Origin: Vicugna vicugna
Taxonomy: Eukaryota
NCBI GenBank assembly: GCA_013265495.1
Contig: MU058009.1
Span: forward strand, 1,738,001 to 1,798,000
Direction: 5' to 3'
DNA length: 60,000 nucleotides
The notes under the pieces: generated by a model
Seen by the model: the letters and a program-made list of their open reading frames with translations, nothing else
Told to the model about the DNA's origin: nothing
Database searches by the model: none
Translations under genes and position numbers: made by a program
Shown: piece after piece, positions 50,401 through 60,000 of the stretch
How the letters are laid out: the number at the start of each line of letters is the position of its first letter
Position numbering within the stretch: the first letter of the stretch is position 1

Positions 50401-52129
50401 GGAACATTTCATTTGCTTTCTTTACATTATTATGAATTATGGGGTCCTGGAGACAGTGTGTGTGTGTGTGTGTGTGTGTGTGAGACAGAGACAGAGACAG
50501 AGAAAGTAGCATTTAAAAGAAAAAGCATGAAGAATCTGACACTTTGGACTAAAGACAGTTCTGCTAGTGAAAAAATGTATTGCTCCCATCTTGAATTATT
50601 TCTGTACTTCAGGAAAAAATTCCAAACTTTTGGATAGGATTTTTTTCATAACTCTTTTCCAAAATAAACCCTTCTCTTTCTGTAGACAAACAAGCTCTCC
50701 ATTACCGGGAGACTACAAAAAATATAATATTTTACTCAAATAGCCAGTAGGCCCCTCTACAGAGCAGGGGCAGGTGAGCTGAATTCCTGTTTCAATTCTT
50801 TTAATAATGGAATACTTGACGATTTAAATAAAATATATTCATGCATTAGATGCATTACAGCATATCTTACAGACCCACCTTCCAATCTGTGTAGTAAGTA
50901 GGTCTTGAATAGCAACCACATTATATAAGATTGAGGATTTCTATGTCTCTTTCTGTTTGGGGTCAACCAGTTAACTTGGCATTGGTTTCCAAAAGTGGTT
51001 GATTTAAACCAAACTTGTTTTCTAGAAGTGTAACATTAGACAAATGCTAGCACTGAATTGCCCCAGCAAAAAAAAAAAAAAGTTGGGAAAATTTTTATGA
51101 CATTGAACCACGAGGCAGGATTTCTAATGGCCTGAGGCCTTTATCCTACCTCAGAGTTCAGAAAATATCCTCCAACTGTAAGTCCACACTCAGGCCACCA
51201 GCAAGGTCCTTGTCTTCTGTGGGAAAAGATTCATTCTACCTGAAGCATTATAGAGAGACTTCCAGATTAGGGACCAACTCTTTAGAGTTAGAATGAAAAA
51301 AAAATCTACTGTTTTCATTTATTTTAGACAAGCAGTTGCATTATGTAGGTATAGGATAATGTTTTTGTTTTGTATTGCTTTGAACAATGTGACTTTCTTT
51401 TCTGGGCCTGTACTTAAAACAGTCTTTCTAAGTCTATCTTTTGCTTGTTGTTTTGGGACAGATTGAGAAGGCACATTGGCCACTGTGTACACACACACAC
51501 ACAATCTCACAAAATCTTCACCAGCCACAACAGCTTGTTTAGAAATCTCAGAGCTGTGCAGCTGTCTTGCCCTCCGCAGAAGACTACACCCTGTTTCATT
51601 TTCTGTTGCTTCAGTGCTGTGTTACCTAGAGCGCTCATCCATTCGTGCGTCAGTTCATCATCTTACTGATGTCACTCCAGTTCTCCCAGCATCAGGAGCC
51701 CACGTATTCTGAGATGTTTCCCCCAGAGGCAGTGGATGAGGTCTGTCTGTCCCAGCGCTGTCACTTTTAGGGCCAATAGCATGGACATTTGACAGAGTTG
51801 GACAGGCTGTGGGATAGCCCTTTTATGTGCAAAGCTAGCTGGCCTTATGGGAATTTAACTGTAACTTTAGTCTCATTGGCATGATGAGGTGACACCAGCC
51901 GTATTAACGCAGGTCAGGAGGCCTGCGGTGTGGCTGTTATGCAGGAACTGGACTAGGTGACTAAGTGCTACGAGGACACCATGCTGGTGGCCAGAGGGCT
52001 GCTGCCCTGGAGACCAGGCGGGAGAAGCCGTGTGCACGCACGCATGCGAGTGTGCATGCGCGCACACACACGCGCACAGCAGAATGGGAAAAGTCATTTC
52101 AACTGGATAGATGGAGAAAGACGGAATAA

Positions 52130-52330
52130 CAGTAGTTATGTGTAGGGTCCCTTCTGTTTACAAAGCACTTTCTTACACATCCTTGCATTAAATCCTCACA
52201 ACAGCCTTGTGGGAGGTGATATCACATCTCTGTTTTATAGGAGAGAAATTAAAGGTCAGGGAGTTTAGGTAACTTGTCTAAGAAGACTGCTAATAGGTGA
52301 CAAATCGGGCTTTCAAGCCGAGTGTTTCTC
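52130..52330 (-). mobile_element. MIR
   Basis: caaagcactt...aatcctcacaacagccttgtgggagg...aggtaacttgtctaag. Confidence 0.75.
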
Positions 52331-54239
52331 TTTCCAGAATGCCTGTTTTTCCTACGTACCAGCCATACTGCCTCTCGGCACAGGTGGATCTGGACTTTGG
52401 TTTCAAAGGACTGAGAGGACTTGGCAGGAAGATGTGGCTCAGGGGCTTTCTGGGGGCTCAGAATACTCTGGGTGGGGTACATTTGAAGGAGAAGGTGAGA
52501 GTGGGAATACTGGATGGAATTAGATTATGGATGACCTTATATACAGTAACAAAGAATTTGGGTCTTACAAAATATGTAGAAAGGAGGAATCGTAAGATTT
52601 TTAACAGAGGGGTGATCTACATAACTGTACAAATCTCTTAGGAACCGCATCCCTCCTATTCTCGTCCTGCTCCTTAAGAAACGGAGCTGGGAGGGGCCTC
52701 CATCACTTAGCAGAGGCCGCAAAAGTGAGCAGCAGGAAGGATTAGATAGAGTCAGGCCATCAGACCGTGCTGTCGGCTGTCTTTCAAGATGCTTGTTTAT
52801 TATACATGCAGTCAGCGGAGGGAGGAGAAACTCCGCTTCACCAGGTCTCATAAAAATGTGACTATCCTTTTCCTCCTGTCACTGTGTCTTCTTGCAGTGT
52901 TCTAGAGCCTTCACCACAAGCTGTCTTTTCATCTGGGCTATTTATCCTGAGCTGCAACTTTAGTTCCTTTTGAGAATGAGTCAGCAGATAGTCACGGAGA
53001 AGAGACAAAAGGAGAGGTTGTTTCCCTGAAACTCAAATCTAATTTCTATGGACATTTAGACAGGACGGACAGATGTCCACAGGTCGGTTGGGCCCATCAC
53101 CTCACGTAGGATCAGAGATTACACATTCAGATGCACTCTCAGGTCCTTTAGATCACTTTTTTGCAAATTCAGAATTGCTTATACCTACTAAAATGAACCA
53201 GAATACTGAAATATTTAAGATAGGTCCCATCTTTGGGGAACAACATGATGTTTAGATCATGATAAAAATCCCAGAGTCTGTAATTTTTCAAGCCACCTCC
53301 AAGAGAATGTGGACTTGAAATGTAAAATGCATTCCCCACAGCAGGACCCATTTTCTCAGACAGCGTCGCATGTCCTGGGGAATGAGGGCCCTTATGTCAC
53401 CCCCATCCCCGGACACACACGCAGGAGGCCAGCACTGCAGGTGCCATGGGAGCTTTAACTCTACACTTCTAGACGTGTGTGGGTTTCCCATGTCGACTGG
53501 AATCTAACATTCCGGCAGCAGAGGTGTTAGGTCTGAATATATGGGCGTTCATTGATTTTATGTGGGACGGCATCTGAGAGTGAACAACTTTTCAATGTTG
53601 TTCATGTAGCAGAAATGTCAAAAAATAGGTTAGTATTGTAAAATAACTGAGCTTATGAGTTGTCTTAAAGTCAACGCTGTTACAGTCTGTATAAATGCAT
53701 ATATTTGGATTGAAGTTCTAATGCTTGAAGAATCCTTTTGTCTTTAGGTATTTATCACTTAATTCATACTCATTCATTTACTCATTCAACTAAACGCTGA
53801 AGACCACTGCCAGGCACAGTGTTCCGCTGAACTCCGCGCAAAGAATCAAGATGCCTGTACTGTTTCTCCCGGGCTTCTAGACAGTAGGGGTTTCTCTGCT
53901 TAACTGATTTTTAGTTCTGACTATTGGAGATTCCAAAAGAAGGAGTATCCACTAGTGAAATCTTTATCTGTGGCTTTGAATTAGAAGGAGATATAGACAC
54001 ACATTCCCAAGGGTAACACCCAGCTTATAACTTTCATTGCCCCTTTACCCTGGCGATATTTGCCCATTGTGTGGACATTTTTGGAAAACCAGGACTACGG
54101 CCAAGGAAACTCCTTCTTTTCTTCTTCTTCTTCTCCCTTTCTTAGCTTTAGTTCCATTTATACATTAACAGAGAGGAAAATATCATAAATAGAATGAAAC
54201 GATAAATAAGACACTGAGAAAAAAAATTTCCATACATTA

Positions 54240-55125
54240 AAAAAGGGTAAGTGTCCTAAGATATAAAGATTACTTATGAATTAATAAGCAAAAGACAGAC
54301 CACTTAGAAAAATAGGCAAAAATGCTACGAATAGGCAGTGCTAGAAAAAGAAATACAAATGGCCAATGAGCATATAAAAAGAATCTCAAGCATGTATATA
54401 AAGATATTCAAGTGAAATTCCAAAATTTGTCACATAGAAGGATAACAAAGAGTAATGATGCTTTATGTTAGAAAGAATAAGGGGAAATGTCACTCTCTAA
54501 CCCTGCTGGTGTGGCTCTAACTTGGCACACTTATTCTGGAAGGCAATTTAGAAACATTTACTGAGATGTTAAGTTTTCATACAAATTTGATCATTTCAAT
54601 TCTAAAAATTTGTCATACAGGCATGTTCACTTGGATACCAAAGACGTATGTACAAGATGTTTATTGTAGCACTGTTTATAATGGCAAAAATTGGAAAGAA
54701 TCTAAACATCCATCAATAGGGAACTAGACAAATACATTTTATAAGACTCATATAAGAAAGTACCAAGCAGCTATTGAATGGAACAAAGTCAATTGTGTAT
54801 CTACACTGATTTAGAAAGTTCTCCAAGGTATATGATTACATGAAAAAAGCAAAGTGCAAAATTGTGGTCCATTTCTGTGAAAAAAAGGAAAACACTATAC
54901 ATATTTATATACATATATATATATATATATTCTTCCAGAAATAGTCTATGCATGAATAATCATATATGTGTGTGTGTTTTCCATTCTTTTTTTTTTTAAC
55001 AGTGGCTGCTTCTGGGCAGGGAAAAGCAGACTTTTTTACTTTTTACACCATAAACATGTAGCATTTGATTTTTTGCCATCACCAGTATATATTACGTTTA
55101 TAATTTTAAAAAACTGATGCAAAAA
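54240..55125 (+). mobile_element. Ancient LINE-1 (L1ME-like) 3' fragment
   Basis: aaatacaaatggccaat...gatgtttattgtagcactgtttataatggcaaaaattgg...catccatcaatagg. Confidence 0.8.
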
Positions 55126-56184
55126 ATGAAGAGGGACCATTGGAAATGAATTTGTAAAAACTAAACTGGACAGCATCATTCTAGCCCTGGCGAGCTGATC
55201 TCGGAGACTTTCGGATCCCATTTTGCAGCAAACAAGGAGAAAAATGGGCCAGCCTAGGATCTGGGGAGTGGGATTCCAGCTCCAGCTCCACTGTAAATGA
55301 GCTGTGGGCTCTTAGACAAGTCATTTTACTCCGTCAGTGTTCGTGTAAATATTCTCACGTTAAAGGTTTCCTTGTGTATAAAATGAAGGTGTGATTTCAA
55401 AAGTTCCTTTCAACTCCCATGTTTACAAGACTCTGATCCCAGGCAGGCTTTACAAGCATGTCTTATTTGGGGGCGTGGATGACTGAGTGTCTCACAGAAG
55501 TTCTACCTGGGCCCATGTGGCTCTTCTCTGTGATCCTGAGACTGAGGCATGGAATGATCCTGGAGGCCAGTTGGAGGCTGAGGGTCTTAGGAGGAGGTGT
55601 TTTGCGAATTTCTGTGAGCTGCTGTTTTTATTACCGAGTGACACGGGGGCTGCGCTAATCCCTCCGCATTAATGTAAGCTAAGAATAGGCGCTGACTCTG
55701 CTTTGGGGTCTTATACTCTTTTCCAAAATTTGGTCTCATTTAAAACCCAAAACACATCTGGCCCCAAGTGCTTTCCCCTTGGACTTTTAAAAAATTCTGT
55801 TTAATTGAAGGGAAATTGAATTCGTCTGGTTTTGATTCATTTACACTTAACTCTTAAAAAGAAAAAATTTGAGGATATATTTGATGTCCAGGAAGAATTT
55901 GGAGCCTCTTAATGAGTTTTCTGGGAGGCTTTTTTTTTCTTCTTCTTCTTCTTAAAACAGGAAGTGTGCTATGCTATGGGCAAACACAGTCAGCCCCGAA
56001 AGGCCCCAATTCAGTCTGAAACCGTATCACCCACCATTTTGCATGAGCCCCAGTGGTCCTCGCTAAGGCCTCTCTTTTCCTGCCCCTCATCTAAGAGTAA
56101 GAGACTCAGGCACCTTCCACGTGAGGGGCCAACAGGGTGGCAGTCAAAGGCAGAAGAAGAAAAAGGAGCAGCTGTGATCTAGCT

Positions 56185-56380
56185 CTGACCATGTGCCAGT
56201 ATTTTTTAACCTCTATGGACACACTGACTTTTGATCCTTGTAACAGCCCTACGCTGCAGGTACCCGTTTCATTTCGGAGAGGGGAAGAGCTTACCCAAGG
56301 CCGTCAAGAAAGCAAGTGGGAAAGCAATGATTTGAACCTAACCCTCTTTGCCTCTGAAGTTCATCAAGCTTAGCCACTGT
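56185..56380 (-). mobile_element. MIR
   Basis: ccatgtgccag...tttgatccttgtaacagccct...cttacccaagg...gatttgaacc. Confidence 0.7.
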
Positions 56381-56959
56381 GATACGTCACCAGTCTGACA
56401 CATGTCCATCGAGCTGAGGCTCCAAACCTAACCCGTGCACTGAGGACCCGGCAGGTTGTGTTGCTGCTTGTCTGAGGGAGCCCCAGCCGCAGTCCGCCCT
56501 GGGCGGGTTCGTGGCCCTGCTCTGTTCCCCACACTTTGTACTTCAGAAGGCCTAGACCCGCGATTCCCCAGGTGAGGGTCCGGTCTGACTGTGCCGACAG
56601 GTGTGCTAGGCAGCGGGAGGGCGAGCGGGGCTGAAACCAGCACGGTCTGTTTTACTTTCAGGAGCCATCGAGACGATTTTTTTAAAACAGGCTTTTGCAG
56701 CTCAATGCAGAGTAGCGTTGTCTGTGACCTGGCCTGGCAGTGCTTCCTCCTGCACCATTCTGCCCTGCCTCCTCTCCTTTTCTCACTGTCTTTTTCATTC
56801 TCCTTTCACTCAGACGCACACACAAACTACACACACTTTATTAAGACAAAAATCCCAATTTTGGAGGGGGTGACATAAAACACAAAGGAGGCAGTGCTTT
56901 ACAAAATTAAAAGGAAATCATCAAGAAAGGCTAACTTCAGGCTCCAGTTTCTCCTGAAT

Positions 56960-57100
56960 AGCATTTCTTGTTATTTCAAGGCTGATTGACTTATAACTGC
57001 ATCCACAGGCCCCTCACATCAGTTCCTTTTATCAGCTCAAGTGAGACTTCCTGTGGACGGGCCCGGCTTCCTGATGTGTTTCCTTTTTCCTTTGGCAGAA
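56960..57100. promoter_or_regulatory. Candidate intron-1 enhancer at about +11 kb (likely Fli1+12 orthologue)
   Basis: TTCC 57023, GATA TTATCA 57029, E-box CAAGTG 57038, ETS ACTTCCTG 57046 and GCTTCCTG 57066, further TTCC cores, all within ~70 bp. Confidence 0.65.
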
Positions 57101-58607
57101 CAAAGACAACCATAGCTCCAAGGATCCTTGGAACCAAACCTAATTTAGCGCTGAAGAACCTATTATTTTAAAATGTCATTCTCGGTGCGGAGAGCCAGGT
57201 GCCTGGCTCCACGTTTGTCCCTGACTTTGTATAGCATTAGGCTGGACCCCAGCGCAACTGTAAGAGGTCAGTGGGCCACTCAGACTCATCGAAGCCGTAG
57301 TTTGATTTCCTTCAAAGAAGGAAAATTAACCCATTCTCCTCGCTAGCACTGCGTGAGCGCCTCCCCCTCCCATCCCATACCCACACACACCCCTTCAAGA
57401 GTTACACGGGATACCTCTGTGTATGGGGTTTACCCTTTTGCAACCCCAGTTCAATGTAACCCATCAGCAAAGAGCTCTCTTATTTAGAGATTTCAGTCAG
57501 TCTCGCTCATCTGAAGCTCTAATTCTAGAAAGATGCATATACAAAAGGAAGCTTCTAATGCTATCCAAATGGTTATCGATGTTAACTGAAGAAGCAATTC
57601 CAGAAACTGGGATATAGATTGTTGCTCTTCTCCTTTGCCTGGAGTTTGCCGAGTCGCCCCTCACCGCTTGGCCTCACCACCTGCTCTACACGTTCTTTGT
57701 GAAAGGCCTTTGGCATCTTCCTGGGTGAGAAGCGGGCCCTACTACGGGAGCCGCTTGCATCTCTGTCCTGTTTCCCAAGGCAAATAGCACAGGTTGCCAG
57801 CTTGCAGTCCCCCAAGACTGTTAGACACAAGAGGCCATTGCACAGAAGAGGTTCTGAGGCCCCGAGGTGGGATGTGTCTAAAGATGACGACCGGGCCAGA
57901 GGCCTTGGCAGCAGAACTCAGGTCGCCATTCATGACAACACGCTCCACGATAAGGGCGTTTGTTTCCAGGAGCAAAGATATCGAGACTCATCATACCCAC
58001 AGGCACTCCGGCTGTCTCTGCCCTTGGGTCCTGTTTCCTGACCATTGGATAACACTCCTGCGGAACTGAACCTGGCACTTTCCATAGGAACCACCCAGGC
58101 AGCTAAGCAAACATGCGGCCACCCAAATGCTTCTGAAGTCACTTTTCTCTTTACAAAGATCACCGATTTGAAATGGAAAACCATTGAAACTGAAATGTAG
58201 CTCTCCTGGCAAGAGGCATATTTCCAAAACAAGAGGAATTATCGTGGATAATTTATACTGATTTTTCCCAACCCAGTCCTTAACGTAGTCACCCCCAGAT
58301 GGAGATGAAGAGGTGTTCTCCAAGAGGAAAAAGACTCAGAAACTGTACGGCAAGAGGGGAGTAGGCGAGCGTGGGTACCAGCATGACTGCGATGCTAAGC
58401 CTCACGTAACCTGCTCTGGTGACGCTGGGGGAGGGGGTGAGCACGAACTCATCGGTACGTGAGGGCGTGAGGGCTTTCCCTTCCTGGCTCTGTGCTCTGT
58501 CGCCGGCCCTGTACCAAGTCCGTGACCAGTCAGGAACCCTAGGACAAAGATCCACACATTATCTCCCTCAGCTCCAGAAATGCTGTTTGTAGGAAACCAT
58601 GTAAGCA

Positions 58608-58794
58608 CAGTCGTCCTCCAGTGTCCCCAGGGGACTGGTTCCTGGACCAAAAATCCACAGATGCTCAGGTCCCTTCCATATCCGTGACTTCCCTATCTAC
58701 AGATTCAACCAATCACGGTTGAAAAATGCTACTAAGAGACCTGATGTTTGTTGACGTCAGGGATGAGGGACCCGCAGAAACACAGGGTCAATTG
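58608..58794. mobile_element. MER2-like TcMar-Tigger MITE
   Basis: cagtcgtcc...ggactggttcctggaccaaaatccacagatgctcaggtccctt...agggtcaattg followed by TA. Confidence 0.75.
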
Positions 58795-60000
58795 TACTGA
58801 CCTTGGTTTTCCCCACGATAGGAGCACATTGGGCCAAAAGGTATGAGTGACCTTGCTCAGATGGGGTCTTTGGTGTAACACTGAACTTCCCTAGAGGTCA
58901 GGGACTTGAGGGCCACTGCACTGTTTGCACTTTTCTAGAAAGGGGAGGGAGGAAGGGCAGATGACTTTTCTGGAAATGTGTTTCAGGAAATTGGCATGCG
59001 TGAGCTTTTCCCAGGGTGCCTCAGGGAAGGCATCCAGTCATGTGGACTTGTCGTTCTGGACACTGGGACCTCTAAGCTCTTCCTTCTGGAGCTCTGTGGT
59101 TCTCCGTCTACTTTCTGGGTCTGTAATGTGCTCAAGGGAGACCATGGTCCTTCCGCCCTGCCTTCTCAGAGTTTGCCCCTGGAAGACCTTGTAAACAAGC
59201 CATGATCAGGCAGTGGGGCTGGGTTTGGAGCTCCTCGGACATAATCATTTCTTCCCATCGGTTTGGACTTGGTATAACCCAGATTTTGTTCGGCCCAGAG
59301 CACCCTTTTAAAAAACTTTAAACCCTGTGTGTATTTCATGGGAAATTTCACACGCCTGTTTCTGATTCACTTCCAATTAAAGGCTCAAAATGCTGGTTTT
59401 GTAAGAGCTCTTTGATGATTCAGATTCTTGTTGGTTCGTCTTTTTCTTTTTTTTCCTCCTAAAAGTCCACAGAAGTTTAATAAGTGTGGCTCAGACATTT
59501 GCATGCTTAATTGTTAAAAATAATTGGAAACAGGAGAAAATTTTTACTGTGTGTGGACAAAACAACCCCATTTACAAGAGAAAAGAGGGAGACAGATGCC
59601 TCGGTGAAGGCAAACTCTCGTGGAAAAATAAGGAATGTGACTGAAGGTGGGCAGCTTAGCGTGCCCAGCACTGGAAGACAGTGAGGGGTGGCCCCGAGCT
59701 CAGTGCCTCTGGAAGGGTCAGGGGAGTGTTACATGCAACACAGGCGTCCCCTTAATGCAGCCAGGAAGCATCGACCAGCTGTCGGTGGAGTGGTCGGTGT
59801 CACAGGAGATGGCCCGGTGGAGGGGCGCTTGCCAGGTCCTAACACTAATTTCAGTTCCCTTCTGATCGGAGGGAGTCCGTGGTCTGCACTACAGCAAGCG
59901 GTCTCCTCCACCTCCTTCCTACTCATATAGAAGCTTTGATGATGAACCGACCTGGGCACACCTCCGGACTAAATGCTGAAGAGACGGATGAAGCAGGTTC

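Larger units (their letters stand above)
46191..60000 (+). other. FLI1: FLI1 intron 1 (partial)
   Basis: Begins GTAAGC. No EALSVVSDDQ (exon 2) peptide was seen in the remaining sequence or the ORF track. Confidence 0.9.

Overview
Mammalian genomic DNA, probably camelid (inferred from four copies of a tRNA-derived SINE with an AAATAAACCTAATTAC tail). The window holds about 46 kb upstream of the ETS-family gene FLI1 (+ strand), its CpG-island promoter with a long GA tract, coding exon 1 (MDGTIK, 46173-46190) and the first ~14 kb of intron 1; exon 2 is not in the window. The rest is regulatory DNA plus L1, L2, MIR, MLT1 and DNA-transposon relics, and nearly all ORFs in the track are spurious. 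Best finding: 7.4 kb upstream lies an intact phase-0 exon encoding MSQTVPDTSSYVK (38778-38816), homologous to the MIQTVPDPAAHIK N-terminal exon of the paralogue ERG, so FLI1 appears to retain the ancestral two-N-terminus architecture. Also seen: overlapping uORFs at -41/-37, ETS/GATA/E-box/RUNX clusters at about -15.5 kb and +11 kb, an inverted pair of GGAA microsatellites, and antisense splice signals fitting a SENCR-like lncRNA. Family assignments are from recall, not database searches.
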